Assembly: GCA_041645075.1 (NCBI GenBank)
Contig: JBAZQS010000001.1
Span: forward strand, 9,147 to 73,146
Direction: 5' to 3'
Source of the DNA: Patescibacteria group bacterium
Lineage (GTDB): Bacteria > Patescibacteriota > Patescibacteriia > 2-01-FULL-39-33
DNA: 64,000 bases
The notes below the pieces were generated by a model, which worked only from the letters and a program-made list of their open reading frames with translations, was not told where the DNA came from and did no database searches. Shown piece after piece: positions 8,005 through 17,052 of the stretch (its first letter is position 1; the number at the start of each line of letters is the position of its first letter). The position numbers were made by a program, and so were the translations under genes.

Positions 8005-8381
8005 TGGAGATGAGGAGGGTGAACTCCTGTCTAGAAGCCAGACATAAATCAGGATACAAGTTTAGCTCTTTTTTTAAACCAAGGCCTCAAAAAAGAGCAA
8101 AATGGTCTTGGTTGTTCTTGGTAATTTTAAATGATAATTTCCAAGAAAAATTATCACCGAGCCCGATATATGACACCGCTTCTTGCTTATCAGGCCATCA
8201 GCAAGACGATGGCTGTTAAACCTTGTTAGGCAACAGCAGGGGCTAAAGCCAATCCGCGGAAAGCGAATTTTACTTTAGTCAATAAGTTTTTTGCACTTAT
8301 GTTTTGATAATTAGTTTGCGAGCAATTATCAATCTCGCCTTGCTAATTTATGGCTTAGCTTCTATCGAAACAGACATCCCC
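8005..8381 (-). ncRNA. ssrA: tmRNA (SsrA)
   Basis: On the minus strand the 5' end GGGGATGTCTGTTTCGATAG resembles the E. coli tmRNA 5' end (GGGGCUGAUUCUGGAUUCGAC). The 3' end AGGAG-TTCACC-CTCCT-CATCTCCA forms a T-arm plus acceptor pairing with the 5' GGGGATG. A GCA resume-like codon sits at nt 88-90, as in E. coli. It opens a frame ...FAFRGLALAPAVA-TAA. Immediately downstream of and co-oriented with smpB. Confidence 0.75.
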
Positions 8382-8399
8382 GAATTGAAAATTTATCGT

Positions 8400-8855
8400 T
8401 TATCTTTTCAATGACCTTCGTATTTCCCTGTCCGCTTCTCTCTTTTTAATACTTTCCCGCTTATCAATTTTGGTTTTGCCTTTGGCTAAGGCGATATCAA
8501 CCTTGATTAATCCCTTTATAGTATATACGGCAGTGGGTATAATTGTCAACCCCTTTTGTTTGCTTTTGCCGATCAAGGAATTAATTTCTTTCTTGCGCAA
8601 AAGCAATTTTTTTTGGCGCTCCGGCTGATAATTGGCTTGGACATTTTGCGCCGGCTTATAGCGGGCAATATGGCAATTGACCAGCCAAAGCTCGCTCTGG
8701 CCGTCAATAATGACATAGCTGCCCTTCAAGCTGATTTGCCCGCCCTTGACCGATTTAACTTCCGGCCCGGTTAAAACAATTCCGGCTTGGTATGTTTCAA
8801 TAACTTCATAATTAAAAAGCCCCTCCTTGTTTTGGTTGATGATTTTTTTTGACAT
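8400..8855 (-). CDS. smpB: SsrA-binding protein SmpB
   Basis: 151 aa, ...YEVIETYQAGIVLTGPEVKS...GLTIIPTAVY... typical SmpB. Confidence 0.9.
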   Translation of the reverse strand: MSKKIINQNKEGLFNYEVIETYQAGIVLTGPEVKSVKGGQISLKGSYVIIDGQSELWLVNCHIARYKPAQNVQANYQPERQKKLLLRKKEINSLIGKSKQKGLTIIPTAVYTIKGLIKVDIALAKGKTKIDKRESIKKREADREIRRSLKR

Positions 8856-8927
8856 AGCATTAATATTCTTCCTCTTGACCTCGGCTTATAACTACGGTAT
8901 AATTTAATTAAATTAATATTTATATCC

Positions 8928-9986
8928 GTGGCGGCTCAAAGCAATCAGAAAAACATTACCATTAATATTTCTTCGTTAACCTTGATGAAGGTCTTGTTTA
9001 TCATTGCCTTGGTCGGACTGCTGTTTTATATTAAAAGCGTTTTATTAATAATTTTTGTGGCTTTGATTTTGGCGTCGGCGCTTGACCCGTGGGTGGATTG
9101 GCTGCAAAAACATAAAATTCCCCGATCCTTTAGCATTCTTCTGATTTATTTGGTTTTACTGTCGGTTATCGGCGGCATTATTTATTTAATCATACCACCA
9201 ATAGTCAAGGAAGTGAACCAGTTAACCGCCGACTTTCCGGTCTATTGGCAAAATATAATTAAGACCTTTGCCGATTTTCAAAATTATTCCGACAGTCACG
9301 GCTGGTCAGCCAATATTCAGAGTTCTTTAAAAGTCCTGCAAACCAATATCGGCGGAGTAGCGGGCGATGTTTTTAGCACTATATTTTCTTTCTTTGGCGG
9401 CGTCATTTCATTTCTTATTATTTTAGTGATCACTTTTTATCTCACCGTAGAAGAAAAATCCCTAAAACGACTAATTCGTTCGCTCGTGCCCGTAAAGTAT
9501 CAGCCCTATTTTACCCACTTGGTTAATCGGATACAAGAGAAAATCGGCCAATGGTTGCGCGGCCAGCTAATACTTTCTTTGATAATTTTTGTGGTTGTTT
9601 TTTTGGGGTTGACGATTTTGGGCGTAAAATATGCTTTGGTCTTGGCCTTGTTTGCCGGTATTACTGAATTGATTCCTTATCTGGGGCCGACCATTGGCGC
9701 CATTCCGGCGGTTTTTATCGCTTTCACTCAATCACCCATGCTCGCTCTTTTTGTGATTTTACTTTATATTTTAGTTCAATTTTTGGAAAATCATATTATC
9801 GTGCCCAAAGTCATGCAGAAAGCGGTCGGACTTAATCCGGTGGTGGTAATCGTGGCCATGCTGATTGGCGCTAAATTGGCCGGTATCTTGGGCGTGATTT
9901 TAGCCGTGCCCGTGACCACGGCCCTGGGCGTTATTTTGAGCGACTTTATTGAAATAAAACAGGAAGAGGGGGATATAGAAGTATAA
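8928..9986 (+). CDS. AI-2E family transporter (PerM/UPF0118) membrane protein
   Basis: 352 aa, multiple TM helices, motif GITELIPYLGPTIGAIP characteristic of the family. Confidence 0.8.
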   Translation: MAAQSNQKNITINISSLTLMKVLFIIALVGLLFYIKSVLLIIFVALILASALDPWVDWLQKHKIPRSFSILLIYLVLLSVIGGIIYLIIPPIVKEVNQLTADFPVYWQNIIKTFADFQNYSDSHGWSANIQSSLKVLQTNIGGVAGDVFSTIFSFFGGVISFLIILVITFYLTVEEKSLKRLIRSLVPVKYQPYFTHLVNRIQEKIGQWLRGQLILSLIIFVVVFLGLTILGVKYALVLALFAGITELIPYLGPTIGAIPAVFIAFTQSPMLALFVILLYILVQFLENHIIVPKVMQKAVGLNPVVVIVAMLIGAKLAGILGVILAVPVTTALGVILSDFIEIKQEEGDIEV

Positions 9987-10073
9987 TAGAAGTATAAATG
10001 TTAAAATTTACATATATATAATAAATAAATTTTTGACGGGTTTGGAAAAACCCTCAAAATAAAGGACAAAGAA

Positions 10074-10625
10074 ATGGTTTACAAAAAAAGTCGACAACAA
10101 ATGTCAGAAATGATTGATGATGACCAAGAGGCCAAAGATTTCGGTTCTCGGGGCGGCCATAAGGGCGGGAAATTAGGCCGGGTTATTATTACTCTCGTGG
10201 TAATAATAATTATTGTGGTTGGGGGTTGGTATTTGCTGGGTAGATACACCAACATTAGTTTGCCGGGTCTTGGCGGCCAGGCCTCTAATGATTGGCAAGC
10301 GGTATTTTTATCCAATGGCCAAGTTTATTTCGGGAAAATTAAAGCTGCTTCAAAGAAGCAAGTCGTCTTGGCCGACATCTATTACCTTCAAGTAGTAGAG
10401 GTGCCTCTGCAAACAACTCAAACAGGCGCGGGCGAGGCGCCTAAAACCCAACAGGAATTAAAGCTGATCAAATTGGGCAATGAACTGCACGGGCCGGTTG
10501 ATGAAATGATTATCAATCCCGACCATGTATTGCTCACCGAAAGATTAAAAAATGATTCCCGCGTCGTTCAGGCCATAAACAACTATTTGGCCGAGCAAAA
10601 GAAGGCGGCCGCGCCAAAGAAATAG
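10074..10625 (+). CDS. Hypothetical single-pass membrane protein
   Basis: 183 aa. Charged N-terminus, one TM (VIITLVVIIIIVVGGWYLL), soluble C-domain. A strong terminator follows at 10645-10690. Confidence 0.6.
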   Translation: MVYKKSRQQMSEMIDDDQEAKDFGSRGGHKGGKLGRVIITLVVIIIIVVGGWYLLGRYTNISLPGLGGQASNDWQAVFLSNGQVYFGKIKAASKKQVVLADIYYLQVVEVPLQTTQTGAGEAPKTQQELKLIKLGNELHGPVDEMIINPDHVLLTERLKNDSRVVQAINNYLAEQKKAAAPKK

Positions 10626-10644
10626 GTTAATCGTTTTTTTACCA

Positions 10645-10690
10645 ATCCCGACCCGCCCCCCACTTTATTAAAGTGGGGGGCGGGGTTTTT
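10645..10690 (+). terminator. Rho-independent terminator
   Basis: ccgacccgccccccactttattaaagtggggggcggggttttt. Confidence 0.7.
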
Positions 10691-10730
10691 GGTTATGGGC
10701 GCAATGGTGCGGGATGAATTATTTTATGAT

Positions 10731-10927
10731 ATAATTTCATTGAGCTGGTTACAAAACTATATTTCTCTAAATTTGTCCTTTTCGGCTGCGACTGCGTCGG
10801 GCTGGCGCAAAAAGATTTTCACCGTAGCCGCTGCTACGGCTCAAATCTTTTTCCTGGCCCTCCTTGTCTCGCTCAAAAAGTCCTAAATTTATAGATAAAA
10901 TAGTTTTGTAACCAGCTCATTATAAAT
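10731..10927 (+). repeat. IR-flanked ~197-bp element (20-bp perfect terminal inverted repeats); candidate structured sRNA (6S-like) or MITE
   Basis: atagttttgtaaccagctca at 10741-10760 (as reverse complement) and at 10899-10918. A TATAAT-like box at 10728-10733 lies just upstream. The GC-rich structured interior has a local hairpin ccgtagc-cgct-gctacgg. Confidence 0.45.
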
Positions 10928-10937
10928 ATCGTCTAAA

Positions 10938-11996
10938 ATGGAAGAGAAAAAAATCAGAAAAAAGTCATTAGCGAAGATTGGGAGCGATAAAATAGCTAAA
11001 AGGCAGACGGAAAAGACAGCGGCGGACAAATTAGCTGAAGGAAACGAGCTTTTCTTGGGCAATGGTTTTGGTTACTTAACTTTAAACTCGGCGACGAAAG
11101 GAACTTCATTTAGCGTGAGCTATTTAACGGGTGTGGCTCGCCAGGGAAGGCTCAAGGCCTTTAAGGTGGGCGATGATTGGCTTACGACAAGAGAATGGTT
11201 TGTTGAATTTCAAAAAACCATAAAAGAAAAAGTGGAAAATGAAATTTTAAGCGATGGCTGGGTCGTTGATTCGGGCCGCGCCTTTGAAAATCAATGGGTT
11301 AAACTTTCTCCAAAGAAAAAAAGAATTAAATTTAATTTTAAATTGCCGGTAAAATATTCTTTGGCGGCGGTTTTGTTAGTGGCAATCATCGGCAATAGCG
11401 CCATCTTTACTAAAAGCCAGCCGGATAGAGCGTATAATTTTTTAATTCGCGCCGGTAAAATATCGGACCGCAGATTTATGGTGGCTAATAATTTTTTAAC
11501 TATCACCAACTTGGTTTATGGGTTTCCCTTAAAAGCCGGAATCTCGGCGCAGTTAAAATATTTTTCATTTCTAAATGGCTTTAGCGGGGGAGTATTATAT
11601 TCTTTAAATAACTTTAATCACTCTATTTTAAAAGGCGGCGATTATACGGTGTCGGAAGTCAGACGGGTGGGTCTGGCTTTGGCTTATGCCGGCCGATTAG
11701 CCGGTAATTTAAAATTTTCCGATGAAAAAATAACCGGGTCTTGGCATAATTTTGTCCAGAACGGCCGCTGGTCACGCCAGATGGCTCTTCAATGGGAAAA
11801 AATCGCCGGTTTCAATATGGCTGGGATATTTTCTAGGGGCAGGGTCGCCGGGGCGAGCGCTTCATTTAATAATGATGGCGCCGACGTTAAAAATTATAAA
11901 AATTCGTTATCAAAGGTTTTTTCCCATTGGGCGGTCGGCCAAATTGATAATATTCAGAAAATTCTTGAACAGGTAAAAAACTTATTAGATAAATAA
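10938..11996 (+). CDS. Hypothetical protein with N-terminal excisionase/MerR-type HTH, TM segment and C-terminal domain
   Basis: 352 aa. HTH-like YLTLNSATKG...LTTREWFVEFQ. TM AAVLLVAIIGNSAIF. Confidence 0.6.
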   Translation: MEEKKIRKKSLAKIGSDKIAKRQTEKTAADKLAEGNELFLGNGFGYLTLNSATKGTSFSVSYLTGVARQGRLKAFKVGDDWLTTREWFVEFQKTIKEKVENEILSDGWVVDSGRAFENQWVKLSPKKKRIKFNFKLPVKYSLAAVLLVAIIGNSAIFTKSQPDRAYNFLIRAGKISDRRFMVANNFLTITNLVYGFPLKAGISAQLKYFSFLNGFSGGVLYSLNNFNHSILKGGDYTVSEVRRVGLALAYAGRLAGNLKFSDEKITGSWHNFVQNGRWSRQMALQWEKIAGFNMAGIFSRGRVAGASASFNNDGADVKNYKNSLSKVFSHWAVGQIDNIQKILEQVKNLLDK

Positions 11997-12135
11997 GGCC
12001 GTTAAATCAGCTGTCTTTGGCTTATTGCCAAAATTGAATTTTTCGGATAAGATTTACCCTGTGGAATGGCTATGCCAAAATTTTTGCCACAGCAAAAATT
12101 TTATTCCACAGGGTGAAGGCACTAATTTTTTTATT

Positions 12136-13536
12136 ATGGCGCCGGAAAAAAACGATTTAATGCCGAAAATTATTTCTCTCTGCAAGCGAAGGGGGATAAT
12201 TTTTCAATCGTCGGAAATTTATGGCGGCTTGGCCAACACCTGGGATTATGGCCCGGTCGGCGTGGAATTGAAAAATAATATAAAAAAGGCCTGGTGGAAA
12301 TATTTTGTCCAGGCGCGGGAAGACATGGTCGGCCTAGACGCGGCGATTTTTATGAATCCGGAGGTCTGGAAGGCCTCGGGCCATATAGACGGATTTTCTG
12401 ACGCCCTGATTGATTGCAAAGAATGCCAAGCCAGATTCAGAGCCGACCAATTAATTGAAGAAATATTGAATATGAGAGTTGATGGCAAGACGGTTGAAGA
12501 GCTGAATTCGATTATTGGGGAAAATAAATTAACCTGCCCGGCTTGCGGCGCTAAAAATTTTACCGAAGCCCGCCGTTTTAATTTGATGTTTAAAACATAT
12601 CAGGGCGTGATTGAAGATGACTCGTCAATAATTTATTTACGGCCGGAGACGGCGCAAGGCATCTTTGTGAATTTTAAAAATGTTTTGGCGTCAAGCCGAA
12701 AGAAACTGCCTTTTGGCATCGCGCAAATCGGCAAGTCATTCAGAAACGAGATTACGCCCGGCAACTTTATCTTCCGCACCCGCGAGTTTGAACAGATGGA
12801 AATAGAATATTTTATCAATCCGAAAAGCGATTGGGAGGAAAAGTTTAAAGAACTTCAGGAATTGATGTGGGGATTTTATATGGCCTACGGCGTGAAGGAA
12901 GAAAATTTAAAATGGCGCCAGCATGGCCAAAATGAATTGTCGCATTATTCAAAAATGACTTTTGACCTTGATTATAATTTTCCTTTCGGCTGGAAAGAAT
13001 TGGACGGCATTGCTTATCGCGCGGATTTTGATTTAGCCCAGCACCAAAAGCATTCAGGCGAGGATATGTCATATTTTGACCCGGAAACAAAGGAAAATTT
13101 TATTCCCCATTGTCTTGAGCCGACTTTCGGCGTTGATCGGAATGCGCTGGTTTTTTTATTGGACGCGTATCAAGAAGAGGAAGCGCCGACCGCCGACGGC
13201 GAGATGGAAACGCGAGTGGTTTTAAAATTACATCAAGACATCGCCCCGATTAAAATTGCGGTTTTGCCTTTATCAAAGAAAGATGACTTATCACAACTCT
13301 CCAAAGAGGTCTGGAAGAAATTATCGCCGCATTGGCAAACTGAATATGATGAGACGCAAAGCATCGGCAAAAGATATCGCCGGCAAGATGAGATTGGCAC
13401 GCCTTATTGCGTCACGGTTGATTTTGAAAGTTTGGCCGATAAGGCCGTCACCATCCGAGACCGAGACACCATGAAGCAGGATAGGGTGAAAATAGATGAA
13501 TTGGTCGGTTATTTTAAAGGTAAGTTTGGTTGCTAA
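12136..13536 (+). CDS. glyQS: Glycine--tRNA ligase (alpha2 dimeric type)
   Basis: The ORF is annotated from 12025, but the conserved N-terminus starts at MAPEKND...LCKRRGIIFQSSEIYGGLANTWDYGPVG (ATG at 12136). Class II motifs and a C-terminal anticodon-binding domain are present. Confidence 0.88.
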   Translation: MAPEKNDLMPKIISLCKRRGIIFQSSEIYGGLANTWDYGPVGVELKNNIKKAWWKYFVQAREDMVGLDAAIFMNPEVWKASGHIDGFSDALIDCKECQARFRADQLIEEILNMRVDGKTVEELNSIIGENKLTCPACGAKNFTEARRFNLMFKTYQGVIEDDSSIIYLRPETAQGIFVNFKNVLASSRKKLPFGIAQIGKSFRNEITPGNFIFRTREFEQMEIEYFINPKSDWEEKFKELQELMWGFYMAYGVKEENLKWRQHGQNELSHYSKMTFDLDYNFPFGWKELDGIAYRADFDLAQHQKHSGEDMSYFDPETKENFIPHCLEPTFGVDRNALVFLLDAYQEEEAPTADGEMETRVVLKLHQDIAPIKIAVLPLSKKDDLSQLSKEVWKKLSPHWQTEYDETQSIGKRYRRQDEIGTPYCVTVDFESLADKAVTIRDRDTMKQDRVKIDELVGYFKGKFGC

Positions 13537-13551
13537 AATTGAAAATTATTT

Positions 13552-14817
13552 ATGTATACTAAAATAATTTTAAAAAATAATGTTCGCTTAATTCTGGCGC
13601 CCCTAAAAGAATCCAAAGCCGTGACGCTTTTGGTCTTATTTAAAGTGGGCTCGCGCCATGAGGGCGCCAAAAACAGCGGCATTTCCCATTTTATAGAGCA
13701 TATGATGTTTAAAGGCACCAAGAAAAGGCCCAATACTTTAGCCATTTCCAAAGAGCTTGACGGCGTGGGCGCGGAATTCAATGCGTTTACCGGCAAGGAT
13801 TACACCGGCTATTATATCAAAGCCGATTCTCGGCATTTGGGCCTGGCGGTTGAGGTTTTGTCGGACATGCTTTTAAATTCTAAATTTGACCATAAGGAAG
13901 TGGAAAGAGAAAAGGGCGTTATTATTGAAGAAATAAATATGTACGAGGATAATCCTTTAATGTATGTTGACGATTTATTGGAACAGCTTATGTTCAAAAA
14001 TGAGCCGCTGGGGCGCTCCATCGCCGGCACTCGCGAAACCGTGAGGAATTTGGATAATGAAAAATTAATCGCTTATCGCGATAAATTTTATCAAGGAGCC
14101 AATATTGTCATTGGCTTAGTGGGTAATTTTAAGCAAAATAATGTTCGGGAAATTGAGCGAAGTTTTAAATTTAAAAAAAGCGAGGGCAAGAATAAATTTA
14201 AGCCGGTCGCGCTCAACCAAATAAAACCACAAATTAAATTAAAATATAAGGAAACCGAGCAGACGCAAATCGCCTTGGGATTTTTCGCCTATCCTTATAA
14301 TGACCCGCGCCTTTACGCTTTGCAGATATTATCGGTAATTTTGGGCGGCAATATGAGCTCGCGGCTATTTTTAAAGATTAGGGAAAGGCATGGTTTGGCT
14401 TATTTTATCCGTTCCGGCCTGAGCATTTATGAAGATACCGGCGGACTGATTATTCAATCCGGCCTGGATAAAACCCGACTGGACAAGGCCCTGTCTCTGA
14501 TTTTGGCCGAACTGAAAAAAATAAAAAACGGCGTGAGCTTAGCTGAATTAAAGCGAGCCCAGGAATATTTGGCGGGGAAAATAATTCTTGATTTGGAAGA
14601 CACCTCCCATTTGTGCCAATGGTACGGCCAGCAAGAGCTATTGACAGATAAGATTTTGACGCCCGAGGAAAAAATTAATAAGATAATGGCAGTGACCGGA
14701 AATGAGGTGGAAAAAGCCGCTCAAGAAGTGATTGATTTTAAAAAAGCCAATTTAGCGATTATCGGGCCATTTAAGGACGAGAAACGATTTAATGAAATAT
14801 TGAGGAAAATGGCATAA
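13552..14817 (+). CDS. M16 family zinc peptidase (insulinase-like)
   Basis: HxxEH zinc motif HFIEHMMFKGT near the N-terminus; 421 aa. Confidence 0.85.
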   Translation: MYTKIILKNNVRLILAPLKESKAVTLLVLFKVGSRHEGAKNSGISHFIEHMMFKGTKKRPNTLAISKELDGVGAEFNAFTGKDYTGYYIKADSRHLGLAVEVLSDMLLNSKFDHKEVEREKGVIIEEINMYEDNPLMYVDDLLEQLMFKNEPLGRSIAGTRETVRNLDNEKLIAYRDKFYQGANIVIGLVGNFKQNNVREIERSFKFKKSEGKNKFKPVALNQIKPQIKLKYKETEQTQIALGFFAYPYNDPRLYALQILSVILGGNMSSRLFLKIRERHGLAYFIRSGLSIYEDTGGLIIQSGLDKTRLDKALSLILAELKKIKNGVSLAELKRAQEYLAGKIILDLEDTSHLCQWYGQQELLTDKILTPEEKINKIMAVTGNEVEKAAQEVIDFKKANLAIIGPFKDEKRFNEILRKMA

Positions 14818-14835
14818 TAATAATTTTATAATTTT

Positions 14836-16143
14836 ATGAGAATAGGGATTGATTGCCGCACAATTTTAAACCCCGGCGCCGGCGAACAGGCGGGCGTGGG
14901 CCATTACACTTATTATTTAGTGAAGACCTTATTGGCGATTGATAGGGCTAATACTTATGTTTTGTTTTTTGACAGCCGGTTTAAAAAGGCAAAAGAATTT
15001 GCGGCCGGTAATGTGGAAATAAAATTTTTCCCCTTTTACCAATATAAAAAATATTTGCCGGTTTTTTATTCGCAAATGTTAGTGAGCGCTGTTTTGGAAA
15101 GAGAAAAACTTGATTTATTCCATTCGCCCGCCAATGTGCTGCCGCTTTTTTACCGCAAGCCGGCCGTCATTACCATTCACGATTTGGCCATTTATAAGTA
15201 TCCGCGGTTTTTCCCTCAGAAATTTTTAAATCGCCAGACGCTTTCCACAAAGGTCTTGGTGCCGCGTTCATTGGAAAGAGCGGCGAAAATAATCGCCGTT
15301 TCTAAAAATACCAAAACCGATATTATAGAAGAATTCGGCATTGCCGAGGAAAGAATAGAGGTAATTTATGAAGGCGTCATTAACCAGGACAACGAACGGC
15401 TCAACCAGATTGATTTTGAAAAAATAAAAAATAAATTCGGCATTAAAGATAAATATCTTCTTTTTTTGGGGACGATAGAGCCGAGAAAAAATATCATCGG
15501 CTTAATCAAGGCCTTCAGGGATTTGTCTCTGACTTATGATTCGCCGGCCAAAGATTATCAGTTAATAATCGCTGGTGCTCACGGCTGGAAAGTTAAGCCG
15601 GTATATGAAGCGATTGCCAATGCCAACGCGAGCATCATGGGCGAACAAAAGCATTTAAGAAACGGCCGAGAGCGCCGAAGCGGTTTGGATTTGAGAGGCG
15701 AGGCCAGAATTAAAAAAGAAGGAGAGAGAAGGCAGGGCCGGGAACGGCGCCGGGGCATGCCGATAAAACACATTGGTTATGTTTCTCGTTTGGAAAAGAT
15801 TATGTTATTGCGACACGCGACCTGTTTTGTCTTTCCCAGCTTATACGAGGGATTTGGCTTGCCGGTTTTGGAAGCCATGGACTTGGGCACGCCGGTCATT
15901 ACTTCAAATTTAAGTTCTTTGCCGGAAATTGTCGGCGAAAAAGGAGCGCTGATGGTAAATCCCAATAAGGAATCAGAATTAATTGACGCCTTGCAGCAAA
16001 TTTTAACCGATGTCGGCTTGAGAGAGGTTTTAAGTGTTAGCGGCAAAAACCAAGCCAAAGAATTCACTTGGAAAAAATGCGCGGAAAAAACATTGGCTGT
16101 TTATCAATCAGTGATTGATAAAGCGGTTCATAAAACTATATAG
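14836..16143 (+). CDS. Glycosyltransferase family 4 (GT-B) with an Arg/Glu-rich low-complexity insertion
   Basis: C-terminal EGFGLPVLEAM motif. Insertion GEQKHLRNGRERRSGLDLRGEARIKKEGERRQGRERRRG between the two Rossmann halves. Confidence 0.8.
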   Translation: MRIGIDCRTILNPGAGEQAGVGHYTYYLVKTLLAIDRANTYVLFFDSRFKKAKEFAAGNVEIKFFPFYQYKKYLPVFYSQMLVSAVLEREKLDLFHSPANVLPLFYRKPAVITIHDLAIYKYPRFFPQKFLNRQTLSTKVLVPRSLERAAKIIAVSKNTKTDIIEEFGIAEERIEVIYEGVINQDNERLNQIDFEKIKNKFGIKDKYLLFLGTIEPRKNIIGLIKAFRDLSLTYDSPAKDYQLIIAGAHGWKVKPVYEAIANANASIMGEQKHLRNGRERRSGLDLRGEARIKKEGERRQGRERRRGMPIKHIGYVSRLEKIMLLRHATCFVFPSLYEGFGLPVLEAMDLGTPVITSNLSSLPEIVGEKGALMVNPNKESELIDALQQILTDVGLREVLSVSGKNQAKEFTWKKCAEKTLAVYQSVIDKAVHKTI

Positions 16144-16188
16144 GGATGATTTTAAAAATTACCCCCCACTATAATCATAGTGGGGGGT

Positions 16189-16689
16189 TTAAAATAAAGC
16201 AATCAGCCAGAAAATAATTATAAATGTTATGACTTGCATTAAGACGCCCCATCTTAAGGGAATGTCTTTTTTTATTTTATTAAGCCAGAGATAATGGATT
16301 TTAGAATGCAGGTCAAAAAACCATTTTAAAAATTTGAATTTTCCCACCATATAAATTCCCACCAAAGCATCGGGCAGAATGCCGCCGATAATCGCCCAAG
16401 TCACACTATCGCTGTCGGCGAACTCAAATGTCCTGAATAAATAAAGCAAAAAGCCGATTAGAGCCAACGCGTCAATAATGCCGTATAAGGCCAAAATTCT
16501 AATTCCCTTTTTTTCTCGGGGAATTAAGTTAAAACGGAAGCCGAAAAATTTTTTGCCGAGTTTTTGGTCGCCGTGAGGAATGATATCCAAAATAAAATGA
16601 GAAATTAGGCCGAGGACAAAGGCCAGTGGGACGCTGGCCACTTTTTTGCCGATAAGCGTGGCCGCGGCCGCATGAACGGTGATGAACAT
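16189..16689 (-). CDS. Membrane-bound metal-dependent hydrolase-like protein (YdjM/DUF457-like)
   Basis: The ORF track extends to 16842, but the likely start is MFITVH... (M52 of the track ORF). His/Asp-rich motifs ISHFILDIIPHGD; several TM helices. Confidence 0.55.
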   Translation of the reverse strand: MFITVHAAAATLIGKKVASVPLAFVLGLISHFILDIIPHGDQKLGKKFFGFRFNLIPREKKGIRILALYGIIDALALIGFLLYLFRTFEFADSDSVTWAIIGGILPDALVGIYMVGKFKFLKWFFDLHSKIHYLWLNKIKKDIPLRWGVLMQVITFIIIFWLIALF

Positions 16690-17052
16690 GGTTTTATAGA
16701 TTTTTATTTTGAGATTCCGCCGAATACCTCGCGGTAATCCGCGAGGATGAGGCGGAAGTCTATGATTTAATCTGTGAGCTTTTGCCGATTCGCCAACAGG
16801 CGAAAAAGGCAAAAGCGAACACTGATCAAAAGAGGATTCCAAAGGGGCGCCCCCTTTGGTCGGTGGGCGGGAATCTAAATACCCCGCCCACCGAAGCCTA
16901 CTTTATAATTTAAAAATCAATCAGGAACAGTATTAATTTTATCATAGTTGATTGGTTAAGGCAATGAGATTGAATTAAGGCGCGAATATTGAGGATTTTT
17001 TCGAGCGAAAAACAAGCGATTCGCCATTTTTATTATCTTATGGAGTGTGGTT

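Noticed and set aside
10689-10886. ORF 10689..10886 (65 aa) spanning the IR-flanked element
   Set aside because: It starts inside the upstream terminator hairpin, has no RBS, and the region is better explained as a structured noncoding element.
12025-12135. Upstream extension of the glyQS ORF (MPKLNFSDKIYPVEWLCQNF...)
   Set aside because: It is not conserved in GlyRS and overlaps a leader hairpin. The conserved N-terminus begins at ATG 12136.
16690-16842. N-terminal 51 codons of ORF 16189..16842 (MESSFDQCSLLPF...)
   Set aside because: It is low-complexity, overlaps two terminator-like palindromes (caaaggggcgccccctttg; ggtgggcgg...ccgcccacc) and precedes a good start MFITVH.
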